Assembly: GCA_008632985.1 (NCBI GenBank)
Contig: QPGO01000024.1
Span: 635,848 to 699,847 of the forward strand
From: Psammoneis japonica
Taxonomy: Eukaryota
Length of the DNA: 64,000 bases
Direction of reading: 5' to 3'
Under the pieces are notes generated by a model. It was given only the letters and a program-made list of their open reading frames with translations. It did no database searches and had not been told where the DNA came from. A program made the translations under genes and the position numbers. Below, in pieces: positions 37,617 through 50,416 of this stretch (position 1 is the stretch's first letter; each line of letters opens with the position of its first letter).

Positions 37617-39057
37617 CTACACGTTGTACCCGGCGTTACCTGAGGAACTATTTCTCGACGCTGCCTCTCGAACCGGGGCAAAGTAAGGATGAGCCGAAGC
37701 CTCTTTTGCAGACAGTCTCTCCTGGTGATCGTATCTGAAGTATTAAAAAGTCGAAACAGTACAATGATTGAGTAATCCTGAAAAAACCACAGTAACGCAC
37801 TCGAATGAAACGGCAACTTACCTAAGCAACTTTGATACAAAGTCAATAGCTTCCTCCGACACCAAGTGCTGATTTTCTGACGTGACAAACTTCTGCCACG
37901 GCTTCTTTGAGTGGCGCCCGAGAATACCATCAAAATGAGGATCAAGCTCGAGATCATAGGTATCAAGGTAGTGGAAGAGCTCTTCTGTACCTAGCACCTT
38001 TGCAATCTTGACCAGCTGGTCGTAATTGTCATGTCCGTGGAAAAACGGTTCCTTTCTGAAAATCATCCCCGCAAACATACATCCCAAGCTCCACATGTCA
38101 AGCGAGTAGTCATATTCCTGTAAATCCACCAAAAGCTCCGGTCCCTTGAAATAGCGCGACGCCACGCGGACATTGTATTCCCGACCGGGATGATAAAACT
38201 CTGCCAGTCCCCAGTCAATCAACGGAGCTGACGCTTTTCATGGTCAATCATGACGTTGTGAGGTTTGACATCACGGTGCATGACTCCATTCGAGTGGCAA
38301 TAGTCGAGAGCTTTGAGAAGCTCGAATATGTAGAACCGAATATCATAATCCGACAGAGTCGGGTATAGCACCTTGAAGTCGGTATTGTTGACATGCTCAA
38401 AGATGAGAGAAGGTGTCTTGCTTTGGGGATCACGGACCACGTCCAATAGCTGAATAATGTTAGTGCCACCGCACATGTTCTGCAGAATTTTGATTTCGCG
38501 CTTGATTTTCTTCTTTTTGACGGGCTTGAGAATCTTGATAACACATTTGGTAGCGTTTGTAACATTGGCACCTTCAAAGACCTGTGCAGCAGAGACAACA
38601 GAAATTCGTGTGAGGCATGCAATCTCACGGAGCTGTCCGAACATCACCGTCAAGAGTGCATCCGCGGCAGGAGCATACAGTCAACAGATAAGCTACGCGG
38701 TTCACTCACTTCACTGTATTTACCACGACCAATCTTACGAATGACCTCGTAGTCTTCTTGATTTCCCCAGTTTACTGTCAAAGCTTCATAGTCCCAATAA
38801 TCCCTCGGCCGATGAACGTTGACGTCGGCATATACACTGAAGGAAACGCAAAGTAAATAAAGCGCGGTGTGAGATAGGAATGCGTACAAAAGCCACACGT
38901 CTCAGGGCATGGTGAAGTGCGTCCCGCTAGCTAGGAGCAAGTAGTAGGTTGAAAAATACCGCATTTTTCCGCACCCCAACCTACATCCTTTTCCATACCG
39001 ATTGAATCTGCTCTCACGACGCTGCTCCTCATCTCAAACTTACCGCGCACGGCTCAT
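37617..39057 (-). CDS. CSNK2A: Casein kinase II catalytic subunit alpha, multi-exon, apparent 1-bp deletion at ~38221
   Basis: MSRAR|VYADVN...YWDYE...[11 protein letters not shown]...[15 protein letters not shown]...HRDVKPHN...[11 protein letters not shown]...[13 protein letters not shown]...|[17 protein letters not shown]. Confidence 0.97.
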
Positions 39058-39440
39058 GATATAAAGATGCCTGACTTGTCGTTGCTGCCTGAGACGCAGC
39101 AACACCGCTCTTGTTGTTAGTTTCGCGTTGATCTTGGCAGTGTTTCGTGCCGTCAGTATGAGAGAGAGAGAAACTCGTGGAGGTTGTGTGCGTGTTGCGG
39201 ATGGCAATGGCGGCCGCCGCCGCCGCGCGCCGCGAAGAAAGACCCGAGCGTGCATCTGAAAAGCACGAAGTAGGAATCCGGAATCTCATTGAGAGGACAG
39301 CTTCACAACCACGCACCTCACATTTTTTTGAGTTGTTTTGTTGGTTGTTGGTTGTGGCATTTGATCGATTGTTGATTGCACTGCAGTGCTACTGTAGCTA
39401 CTATCCATACTACGAGTATCTCAAAAACAAACGAAACAAC

Positions 39441-40820
39441 ATGAAGCAACTTTTAGAAACGTGCGACGATAATTTATTCATCGCTGGCCTGAACGATCGT
39501 GCCTACGTCGTTGTAACTATCAACAAGGATTCATCGCCTGTAGTTTGCGAGCTGCTTCCACCTGATACTGCGAAAGAAGGCGATGCGAGAGAGACCAAGA
39601 ACCAAAAACAAGATGAGGAGGAGCCAAACTTGCATGAAGTACAAGCTGTTGCTATTCAAAGGTGCAGTGACGGGAAAATTTGGTGCGCGGTGTCGAGGCG
39701 AAACAAAGTCCTGTCGCTGTATGAATTTGTAGCATCCGGTGACGAGAAAAGCACTCTATCTCCAAGCGTATCGCACAGTACTGCCAAGAGAGTATGCTGT
39801 CTCTCTTTTGCAAGCGTCCCAGCTAGTACGGGAGATGCTCCAGATTTAGATGTCATTGTTGCTGGAGATTTAGTTGGGGACGCCATTGCCTACCCGTTGA
39901 CCACGTCACTCCAACCAAGCGAAGCAGCAAAAAACGGCGACTCTGATGATACCACGTTATTGCCGAGGTTGTTGCTCGGTCACACAGCGTCCATCTTGAC
40001 TGCCGTCAAACTTGTAAAAGTCGGGGACTCACAATGCATACTTACTTCTGATCGAGATGAAAAGGTCCGGGTGAGCCAGTTCCCACAGACAAACGTAATT
40101 GAGGGATACTTGCTAGGGCACACAGCATTTGTCGCAGCCATGGATGCCACTACTCATCCAGATTGTTACCGCTGTGTCACTTGCAGTGGCGATGGGACGA
40201 TTCGTTTGTGGGATTATAAAACGCACAAACAATTAGATCGAATCAACATATCTGAGAATAGCGTGGCAGCAGAAGGTGGAGAAGAAGCAAAAGGAGACCA
40301 AGGCGACTACTATGCAAGTCTCGTTCCAACAGCCATATCCATTAGTCCGAACGGTGCTCATGTGGCTGTTATCTTTGATAAAACCCCAACAATTTATTTG
40401 TACACCGCAATGGATGGGGTCCTGAAGCGATGCCAAACTCTCGAATGTGATACGCCTCTCCTTGCTGCCAAGTTTGTGGACAATCAAAGGCTGTTTGTTG
40501 TGACTACAGAACCAAATTATCTTTTGTCTTACAAATGCACGAATGATATATTTGCTCCCTGCGTAAATGACGCTGTCTGTGAAACTCTCGCAAAGACTGC
40601 AATTACTGATGGAGTCAGCATGCCCACAACTGTTTTGGAAACGGACAAAAAGGGTAAAGCAAGACTTAAACTCAAGGAAAAGGAGGAAAGGTCACGCAGA
40701 AAGCCATGGAATAACGTGGAGCGCATTCAGATCGCCAAGGAACGAAACGCGCGAAGACGAAAACGCAAGCGTGACGAACCACAAGGCGACAACGACGAAG
40801 CGCAAGATATCATGGAATAA
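39441..40820 (+). CDS. TRM82: tRNA (guanine-N7)-methyltransferase non-catalytic WD40 subunit
   Basis: LLLGHTASILT, ILTSDRDEKVRVSQFP...IEGYLLGHTAFV, SGDGTIRLWD are typical of TRM82/WDR4. ATG at 39441 chosen within ORF 39177-40820. Confidence 0.85.
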   Translation: MKQLLETCDDNLFIAGLNDRAYVVVTINKDSSPVVCELLPPDTAKEGDARETKNQKQDEEEPNLHEVQAVAIQRCSDGKIWCAVSRRNKVLSLYEFVASGDEKSTLSPSVSHSTAKRVCCLSFASVPASTGDAPDLDVIVAGDLVGDAIAYPLTTSLQPSEAAKNGDSDDTTLLPRLLLGHTASILTAVKLVKVGDSQCILTSDRDEKVRVSQFPQTNVIEGYLLGHTAFVAAMDATTHPDCYRCVTCSGDGTIRLWDYKTHKQLDRINISENSVAAEGGEEAKGDQGDYYASLVPTAISISPNGAHVAVIFDKTPTIYLYTAMDGVLKRCQTLECDTPLLAAKFVDNQRLFVVTTEPNYLLSYKCTNDIFAPCVNDAVCETLAKTAITDGVSMPTTVLETDKKGKARLKLKEKEERSRRKPWNNVERIQIAKERNARRRKRKRDEPQGDNDEAQDIME

Positions 40821-41055
40821 TCGCATGCCCCCAGCTGCTGTATCCTACGGCCGTTGCAAAGTACTCCCACTTGTAGTCTTACTGTGAAATGATCGGAAGT
40901 CCATCAAGACGTGCACTCTTGCACTGCGTCAATGTCAGACTACTCAAAACAGCTACAGCTACGTCCGACACCACTTTGTACCTTGTGAATAGCAGAAAGA
41001 AGGCAAACGACAGCACTGTAGGTGGAAGTGCTTCTGTCCGGCTCAGTGAAGATGA

Positions 41056-43512
41056 AAAGGATGGGTCGGTGCTGACAGCATCACCCACAGCAACAATGCT
41101 TGTGGATGGTACGGTGTTTTCAGTCAGAGCGTTGTGCTTAATTGTGAATGAGTTCTCGAATTGTTTCTATATGATGTTTTCCGACAAGGAGGTCTTGAAA
41201 GATACACGTCGAGTTTTGGAGGTTTCAAAGGCAAGCGATTTCGTGATAGGGACACCATGCTTCCGAGTAGGAAGCGATGATGCCGACAAGAGAGCCGGAA
41301 CGAGGAGAAGCAACAACTGAAACAAGTTCATCATGGTGGCTAGTGACATCGACGAGCGCGAATGATATGGGCAGCGTGTCTCTTATGAAGAGTCGCTCTG
41401 CTATCATCAGGATTCTTACAAGTATTCCATTTTTCCTGTCGTGGCGCCAGAACACCAATCACAGACTAAGTGGCGGGTATTGATGCATGCACGTATTCCA
41501 ACAATGAGAGCATGGCATAGTGAACAAAATGCCGTTCATCCAAAGCTTGTCACGACTAACCAGGTGGTCAACATCGCACCACTTCGCTGTTCTGACATGT
41601 GCCCTGCCCTTTTTCCAACCGCCCGGTGCATTGTTCTGCAGTAACTAGCGTTGAGACAAAGACTGAGAATACCATACGTGTAGTAGGTTACTTGCCGACA
41701 CTAAAGGTCGTGGCGGTTTTACGTGCGGCATACAGAGGTTTTGTGCTTAGGTCTGGACAGCAGCAACTTCCTTGCCAAGAGTTTCCTTGACGATCCTCAT
41801 GGATGGACGTTCGGAAGCCTTCTCGGACCAACCGCGCAAAATGAGATCGCGAATCGCCTGTGGCCACGACTCATCCACCTTTGTTGTCAAGGCTTTCTCG
41901 GCGATCAGATGATCATTGAATGGAGTCGTGGGAGGAAGGAGGGGCTAGTGGATCGATCTGTCTACTGGGACTGCAGGCTTCGTTGGGTTTGGGATGTTAG
42001 AGGGTATTAAGATCCGGCGTGTGACGAGACGAGAGATGAGAGTGGCGTCGAGTGAAGGCAATGCCGGATTGAGCTTGCACGGGGCTTGGCCCGAGGTCGT
42101 CGCTGTGTTTCGACGTCTCTGCTCATTTTGAATCTTGCAAGTTGCGCTTCGCTCAAGTATCCGTTGCTTCTGCGGCTGCTCGAATCAAAAACCAAAGCAA
42201 CGAGTACACCTCTGCCCTCTGCCGTGTTGAGTGTTGACAGCGCCTGCCGCGAAGAGTATGACCTGGAATACTGTAATCCATTTTCATGACGTTGGTTATG
42301 TTCTTGCCGGCGCTATTCATCGAAAGCGTGAGCTGGAGTTCAGCGCGATTAGACCTGTCACCATCATTAAAAATACTACCCTACCGTGTCAAAGGCGATC
42401 ACAATTTTTTTCCGGCTACGCTACGGCCACTGCAACACTTCTACTACTTGTAGCAGGGAAGTTCCATTTAGACATGACACCGTGTAAGAAATCTTCGGAG
42501 CCACAAATGTGCTATCCACGATGGTCTATTATTGGCACAGGAAACATCCGACACCAACGTTACTGGTTTATGCAAGACTCAAACATGACCACCAGTACGG
42601 GTACTACTTGCAAGGTAGGCAACGCTTTCCGACCATCACAATCGCTTCTTCATGCTTTTCAACCCAGGTCAGCAACACCTTTTCAGAAATCACTTTTACT
42701 CCATCAATATCGGCGGAAGCGAGAACCGCTCTCATGAACATGCCAAAATGAGCTTCCACAACGGTGCAGCTAGCGGTGGAATGCATTTGTTTGCGCTCTC
42801 CTCGGACGTTGTGGGGTATTGACCTTTCTTACCTCCCGAAACAATCATGCATTGGCTCGTTCAAGATTTGAGACGTGCCACTTCTCCGACGATGCGACGA
42901 TTGTATCCTTGGATTGTCGCCCATTTTCATCGTCCGTCCAACTCTTCTTGGGGAGATCCAGAAAAGATTCCAAACCTTTTGATGCCTTCGAGGAATTGTT
43001 CCACAAGTATCAGGTGGATGTGCTTTTTGCGGGACAGGTGCACAATGTGGAATTGACAACGCCCGTCTTGTTCAAGCTGCTAATCCCTCCAACTATTAAC
43101 CCACGTCGTACTTTGAGGTACATGTTTGGTCATGCTACAATGGCGGTTGGGCCTGCCACCAAGGGGATGACGAGATTATTACGATTGAATTTGCACATTC
43201 CCCAACGCGAGAAGTACGTAGCTCATCGTGTCGCTCTGGTCAAGCCCAACAAGCGGACACCGACAAGAGAACAACAAACGTGAATACGGAGACCTCGCAT
43301 TTGCGAAATCAATTCTTGCGGGAGTTACGACCAGCCGGAACAGTTATAGTATCTGAGAATGAATTTTGGATATCCGTTCGTCCAGTGTACCTTGAGCACA
43401 AGTTGCTGCGCCCCGACAAATCTACGACACACTGGGAGGGCCTTCCTGGCTACAAAGCAAAGGATGGGTCGGTGCTGACAGCATCACCCACAGCAACAAT
43501 GCTTGTGGATGG
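41056..43512 (+). repeat. Identical 54-bp direct repeat at 41056-41109 and 43459-43512
   Basis: aaaggatgggtcggtgctgacagcatcacccacagcaacaatgcttgtggatgg occurs at both positions. Confidence 0.9.
42500..43100 (+). pseudogene. Fragmented purple acid phosphatase (metallophosphoesterase) remnant
   Basis: WLVQDLRRA....R..YPWIVAHFHRP and FEELFHKYQVDVLFAGQVHNVE.T.PV lie in different frames; the metal-binding GHXH is altered to GQVH. Confidence 0.65.
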
Positions 43513-44811
43513 ACTTGCCAGCCTATAGTGAAGAAAAATGGAGCTAACTAGGCATAATGGCTCTACTTCTGCCGTCCGACAATTTGCGCTGGGATATCAC
43601 ATATCTTGAAAATGCATTCAGTGCTCTCGGAACTTCGACCAAGCTCTATAAGTTGGAAGAAGCTTTTCTAAGAGTACACACGATTGCACTTTCCCCGTGG
43701 TCTTCCTCGGCTGCGTCCATTTCAGGTCATCTATCTCTTCCTCGCAATACCGGGCATTCCTTTCTGGGACGCCAGCAGCTGTCGGGTATGTTGCCTAATG
43801 CTGCAGGCCATTTGCCACGTTTTTCTGGTGGCTACCTATTCAATCGAGTTGGCTGTTTGCTCTGGTTGATGAACACCAAGATTGCAACTGGTTCCGTTCC
43901 ATTGTGTGTCTGTTCGAAAAGGCACAACGAGATTCTTTGGATGGGACCGACATCTCTGGTGGGCCATGCCTTACAGCATCACGTCATACTTTCAACAGCC
44001 ATTGCAATTGCGCCAATTGCACAACGCCAAACGATTTTGCATCGTTCCACCAAGACATGGAGACTATCAATGGTGCCGGCATGTGCGTACACCTTTCTAG
44101 GCCCTAATTGCCAATGCCCACATACCACCCCTTCTGCAATAATGGAAGATCATACTGACGCGTCGATTTCATCAATTTCGAACTGATTACGCCCCGAAAT
44201 TGGTGCGAAAGTCGGAGAGGACGGAATTGCGACCATTAGTCTACCGACCTTTTCTTCGCGACGACAGACGATAAGAGATCCACCATTTGGACGATGAAAC
44301 CGCATCGGATATACTGTAGTGGTAAGGCCTAAAGGGCGTTCAGAGGTCTTTATTTCATTGTGAAAGGTTTCGGTGGACGGAAGATTTCGCTCGCTCCAAT
44401 TTTTGACTTCCTAGCTGACAAACTGGAAGCCAAGCATTATGAACTCTGCAAGAACTCAGGAGGATTTTCAAATTTGGATTGTGATGCTCACAATCTTTGG
44501 AGATATGTAAGATGAAAGATTGATGGAGTATCATTGATGATTCTGCAGTCCAGTGTTTCGAGATTTACAATTTGATCCCTCCATATCCTTATTGGGATAG
44601 ATTCCCCGTGGCTTCTTCCGGCAAAAGGTTTTGGTGGATCGCGCCAAGTAGATTGTCGCGGTCGCTGCAAAAGAGTAAGAGGACAGTCACAGTGAAAATG
44701 GCAGCCGTTACGTGGCCCGGAGCGAACAAAAAGCTCGGCAGTGTGAGAAAGGCCTTCGAAACACCCTACTTATGTGCCAGAACATGAACAATTTGAACAG
44801 CTTGCATTGCG

Positions 44812-45263
44812 AGACCGTCCATAGCAAGAAGAAGACGAGGCTCATCACGATACTCTGACTCTAATACTCTCCCGTCAAGAGAGCTACTCGTTCTCAAGAC
44901 TAGTCGTCACCTTTTTGCAGATAGGGCGCAAAATCTACTCAAGAATAAAGTTTGTGGAAGTCCAAGACCGTCCATAGCAAGAAGAAGACGAGGCTCATCA
45001 CGACTCTGACTCTAATACTCTCCCGTCAAGAGAGCTACTCGTTCTCAAGACTAGTCGTCACCTTTTTGCAGATAGGGCGCAAAATCTACTCAAGAATAAA
45101 GTTTGTGGAAGTCCAAGACCGTCCGCCATAGCAAGAAGAAGACGAGGCTCATCACGACTCTGACTCTAATACTCTCCCGTCAAGAGAGCTACTCGGTCTC
45201 AAGACTAGTCGTCACCTTTTTGCAGATAGGGCGCAAAATCTACTCAAGAATAAAGTTTGTGGA
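44812..45263. repeat. Three near-identical tandem copies of a ~152-bp unit
   Basis: Units start at 44812, 44965 and 45116 (agaccgtcc...agtttgtgga). Confidence 0.95.
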
Positions 45264-45740
45264 GGAACATATCGTAGATTGAACACAACGCATCACTGCT
45301 ACTGTGGACCATCAGCGGTTGTGCGTACCTAAAACGAGATTATGATTCAATACGGCTGGCTCACGTGTCCCGATTGAAACGACCCATCGTCCCTATCGCA
45401 ACGACCTCCTTCTCAATTCTCCTCCTCATCTCGCGACAATTTTGATAAGCTAAAAGGGGCAATGACGTGTTCAGGCTACTAAACTAGCTTATGATGCAGT
45501 CCACACGAGCCTCATCGTTTTGTTCAACAGCTTGAAACTGTTTGCGTGCGATGCAATGCTTTCACCAGCAACCCAACACCAATCCACTCTTTTTTATCTA
45601 TAATTACATAAAGAGCAGAGAAGGACTCGCCTTGCTGTACAACATAGAGCATTAATACTTGTGCTCGGAAATAATGAGATTGCAGCAAGCGGCGAATCGA
45701 ACGTATGCTCGTCACTTTTGACAAAGAAAAGACTCTAGTT

Positions 45741-46400
45741 TTACGACGCTGTGATTTGCGCGTATTGTGGCCGTGGTTTTTGTTCTTCCATGGGTGGAGG
45801 AGGTCCACGAAATGGAGTGGCCTTGTGTATTGTGATTGGGTTGTTGGGTTGATCGTCGCTATTGGTTCCAACCATGCCCATGCGTTGCACCACGCCCATG
45901 CCAGAATAGATTCTACCAAAAATCGTATGTTTGCCGTCTAGCCAGGGTGTGGATTTGAGTGTAATAAAGAACTGCGACCCGTTCGTGTTGGGACCTGAAT
46001 TCGCCATTGAAACGACACCAGCTCCGGTGTGCTTGAGATTTCGTGTAATCTCGTCTTCAAATTTTCCTCCAAAGATGCTCTCGCCTCTGTGTGATTTTAA
46101 AGAAAGCAGTTTCAACTTGGAATTTAGACCATAAATCATAGAAGCTGTGCAATCTCAATTCACAAGGATCAAATTGTGGACGTACCCTCTCCCAGTCCCA
46201 GTCGGATCTCCGCCCTGAATCATAAAATCTCTGATTATGCGATGAAAAATCGTTCCATTATAGTAGCCGGCATGGGAAAGAGCGGAGAAATTATAGCATG
46301 TTCGTGGTGCATGTCGATGATACAATTCAATCACAAACACGCCAGTAGTTGTTTCAAACTGGACGTGCGTGTACGGCGACGACTCTTCTTCTGTTGTCAT
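45741..46400 (-). CDS. PPIL1: Cyclophilin-type peptidyl-prolyl isomerase PPIL1 (intron ~46088-46184)
   Basis: ELY..HAP.TC.NF..L...[64 protein letters not shown]...[11 protein letters not shown]. Confidence 0.9.
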
Positions 46401-46784
46401 GGTAGTTTGGTTATTTGGTTGTGTGTTACTCTACTCCGCAATGGCGGTACGTACACGCACGAAAGAGACAGACAGACAGTGACTCAAGTAAGCTCAGCGC
46501 GCGAGCGCAGCCAGCAGGTAAGGTCTGTAGTTCGCCCGCTATGAGAAGCACAGACAGAGCGCCTCACATTATTTTGCTTTCTGATCGATCTGTCGATCTT
46601 GTATTGCTCTTTGGTAACAGCATCATCATCTAAATCATCACAACATCCATAGTGCCAACAACCGCAGCACACCAGACACCAGGCTGACGAAGGGAACGTC
46701 GAATTTAGCAAGCTTATTGGTGCAAAGAACCACCTTGAATTATTTCGTAGTTGAATACCTTGAACAACGCACAATACAGGAAAA

Positions 46785-48183
46785 ATGAATTTCTCATCGA
46801 AACTGATTGCGTGTTGGTGCGCATCATCGCTCGTGACAGCAATTGCTGGCTTTTCCCTGAGCATGGGTACCGGCAACACTTTCGGACGTGTCTTCAGGAT
46901 ATCGACGTGGGGCGAATCGCACGGTGGTGGAGTAGGGGTCACGTTGGATGGCTGTCCACCGCGTATTCCCTTGACGAGAGAGGAGGTGCAAGTTGATCTG
47001 GATCGCCGCCGCCCCGGACAATCTCGCATCACAACTCCTCGCTCCGAAGCCGATGCTGTGGAAATCATGTCTGGTCTGTCGCCCGATGGCGTCACACTCG
47101 GTACGCCTATTGCTATGTTAGTACGAAACAAGGACCAGAGATCTGGAGACTACTTGGATAACGACATGAAAGTCGCCTACCGACCATCCCATGCTGACGC
47201 CACGTATGATGCCAAGTACGGAGTGCGGGCAGTCGCAGGGGGTGGGCGGAGTTCTGCTCGCGAAACCATTGGAAGAGTTGCTGCCGGAGCTATTGCACGC
47301 AAGATTCTCAAAATGTACAACAACATTGAAATATTGGGATACGTGTCAAAGGTCCAAGACATTGAAGCCAAGAACGTTGACGAAGACACCTTTACAATGG
47401 AGGATGTGGACGCCAACATTGTTCGTTGCCCAGACGAGGAATCTGCCACTCTAATGCTGGAGCGGATCGATGAAATTCGCACCACTGGCAACTCGATTGG
47501 AGGTGTCGTCACTTGCGTAGCTCGCAACGTTCCTGCCGGACTGGGATCGCCTGTCTTTGACAAACTGGAAGCTGACCTTGCCAAGGCATGCATGTCTATT
47601 CCGGCAGCCAAGGGCTTCGAAAGTGGATCTGGATTTGGTGGGACACTCTTGACTGGAAAGGAGCACAATGATGAGTTCTACATTGATCCCAAAACCGGAG
47701 CAACCCGAACTAAAACCAATCGAAGCGGTGGTATTCAAGGAGGAATCAGTAACGGAGAGAATATTGTGATTCGAGTAGCGTTCAAACCGACATCCACTAT
47801 TGGGCAGGCACAGGTAAGAAGGATACAACCAGAGCATATTTCTCCTGCACACTGTATTCAATGAAGCTCACGCTACTATTGCAATTCACTTGTCGTAACA
47901 GGAAACGGTCACACGAGATGGTCAGGAGGTGGAACTTCGAGGCAAGGGCCGACATGATCCATGTGTCCTCCCTCGTGCTATACCCATGGTAGAAGCCATG
48001 GTCGCGCTCACGCTGATGGATGCGCTCATGATGCAACAGGCGCAGTGTGAACTTTTTCCCAATGAGGCTGATCAGGATGCTAAACCAAACCCCATGGGAG
48101 TAACTGCTCACCGCGAAGGAGGACCTAGGGTGGTTGTTTCAGCCTCCGACGCTCCAATCAGTCAGCGTGTTGACGAAGAGTAG
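46785..48183 (+). CDS. aroC: Chorismate synthase, probably plastid-targeted (intron ~47814-47901)
   Basis: [57 protein letters not shown]-terminal signal ending ..AIAGF. Confidence 0.97.
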
Positions 48184-48283
48184 TTTCGATGCAATCATAC
48201 GAATTCTGTAGACGGTAGACGGTAGATCCTGATTTTGGTAGGTACTTCATCGCGTTCTGTGGATGGAGAGTGAAGCACAGCAG

Positions 48284-48718
48284 CAACTTCAGGTGATACC
48301 CTACCAGTTCATAGACAAGCACCGTATTATTTCTAATCGATAACGCCCTTCTTAAGGTTAACTCGGCTTTCCTATACGATCTAAGCCTCCTCAACTTCAG
48401 GTGATACCCTACCAGTTCATACCGTAGACAAGCACCGTACTATTTCTAATCGATAACGCCCTTCTTCAGGTTAACTCGGCTTTCCTATACGATCTAAGCC
48501 TCCTCAACTTAAGGTGATACCCTACCAGTTCATAGACAAGCACCATATTATATCTAATCGATAACGCCCTTCTTTAGGTTAACTCGGCTTTCCTATGATC
48601 TAAGCTTCCTCAACCTCAGGTGATACCCTACCAGTTCATAGACAAGCACCATATTATTTCTAATCGAAAACGCCCTGCTTAAGGTTAACTCGGCTTTCCC
48701 ATACGATCTAAGCCTCCT
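48284..48718. repeat. Four tandem copies of a ~108-bp unit overlapping the stop codon and 3' flank of the minus-strand gene
   Basis: Units start at 48284, 48392, 48505 and 48611 (caacttcaggtgatacc...ctaagcctcct). Confidence 0.95.
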
Positions 48719-49277
48719 CTTCTTCTTCAGCAGAAGAGGCAATGAAGCACTTGGCGATGAATTCGGCCTCCTCCTGACGGGCAGCAGCAGCTTGCATCTT
48801 CTTCAATTGCTTCCTACGGCTCAAACCACGCCTACCACCAGTAGAGAATTTACGCATGTTTTCTCTGTTGCGCTTAATCTTTTCTTTCTTGGCATTGACA
48901 CGGCATCCGTAAAGGGAGGTCGCCGTCCTGGTCACTCCAAATGAAGCCATGGGAGCAAATGCCTGCGGCGAAACATCGCGACGACAAAAAGCCGGAAGTT
49001 AGATTTCCTGATGAGGAATGTTTTAGTAATGGCAGATTGGTACACCCTTGTAGGTAACAAGACGAAGTATAAACGACAAAGGCTCGGTCAAGACTTGATG
49101 GCAGCTAATGAACTCGACGGCGAAGAACAGCGACTACTAGAGGACAGAACTGCCACATCGCAATTGAACACCCTGCATTGAAACTACTTCAATACCATCG
49201 ATAAAGGCCTAACTTACTTCGATGGAAAGAGCCATAAAGGCAAAAACCGTAATAAGAAGGAGACTACGAGCCGTCAT
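48708..49277 (-). CDS. Small basic, probably plastid-targeted protein of unknown function (intron ~48963-49217)
   Basis: MTARSLLLITVFAFMALSIE|AFAP signal/transit pattern across a GT-AG intron; K/R-rich mature part. Confidence 0.7.
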
Positions 49278-49696
49278 GGTGCAATTCTGCTGGTCTAACG
49301 AGTACATACAACAGCGGCGGTGATCGTGAGGTCAGCAGCAATCAGTGATGGATGACATGGATGCGTGTGCCGGTGAACGCAAACGTACTTTCACTGCTTT
49401 CTACAGAATCATCAATGCGACGGCGACTCTTGGATTCCTGTGACGTGGTTGATTCTACGTGATTTCCAATTAGACCGCGCTTCAGCAAGGAATCATCATC
49501 ATAGCCGAAATCATATGACAGATTACAGACACCCATGACCTACCTGACGACGACTCGCAGGACCAACTCAGACAAGCATCGCAATCACGCAACAATAATC
49601 ACAGCAAGAAGAGCATTGCTCTGCTGCTTTTGAATACACATAATTCTAATATTGCAGCAGACAGCACAACTAGAGAAGAAACAGCTACTCCAACGA

Positions 49697-50416
49697 ATGT
49701 CCCAGCAGCAACAACTAAGGCAACGAAGCGTGGCGAGCCCAACAGACATGAACAGCGACAAGAACAACTTGGAACGACGTCGTGGGACTGGATTGTCGGC
49801 TGAGTCGATGATGAACGCTTCACCTACTCAACATGGATCTGCATTGAAGCTTCATGTGCCTTTACTGTATTCTATTCTGCCCTATTTTTTGAAACGGTTT
49901 CTTGCATCCTGGCGGTGTTTTTCATTCATGACCCCAACGTGGAAAGAACGATACTTGATTCTGATGTCAAGCTTTCTCTACAAGTTTAAGGATCAAGAGG
50001 CGTCAAATCCCAAGGGAACGCCCTTTATGGTAGAATCTATCGATGTGCACTTTGTTAGCGGAGGAAACGTTGGCGTGGGACCCGAAATTGAAACAGAAAA
50101 TTTGCCACCTGGATATCGTGCCGTGTTCTGCGTTTCATCCCTTAGGAAGAAGCACTACTATGCGGTGTCATCTCGGGAAGAATGTTTGGCATGGATCAAT
50201 TCAATAGAGCAGGCACGTCAGGAAGCGATTAAGAGATCTATGGGCCATTCCCAAGTTCCATATCCACAAACATTGGAGCATTTCGACAGTCTTGGGAAGA
50301 GTCTGGTTAGAAGCAAGGAGCGAATTAAGACCAAAGTGGAGGAGTCGCATGCAAGAGAGATCGAAATGGCAGCAATGAATGATGGTGGGCCGTTACCTCG
50401 CGGGTATTATGGATAA
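49697..50416 (+). CDS. Pleckstrin-homology (PH) domain protein
   Basis: WKERYLIL..SFLYKFK.....PKG...FCVSS..K.HYYAVSSREEC.AWINSIEQA. Confidence 0.8.
   Translation: MSQQQQLRQRSVASPTDMNSDKNNLERRRGTGLSAESMMNASPTQHGSALKLHVPLLYSILPYFLKRFLASWRCFSFMTPTWKERYLILMSSFLYKFKDQEASNPKGTPFMVESIDVHFVSGGNVGVGPEIETENLPPGYRAVFCVSSLRKKHYYAVSSREECLAWINSIEQARQEAIKRSMGHSQVPYPQTLEHFDSLGKSLVRSKERIKTKVEESHAREIEMAAMNDGGPLPRGYYG

Noticed and set aside
39177..39440. N-terminal ORF extensions of TRM82 (also FCP copy 2 at 55254-55481 and UBLCP1 at 63231-63491)
   Set aside because: They begin at non-ATG or upstream codons in promoter/UTR sequence; downstream ATGs fit the known proteins better.
44812..48718. Tandem arrays considered as CRISPR-like arrays
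   Set aside because: Units repeat in full with no unique spacers, there are no cas genes, and the context is eukaryotic.
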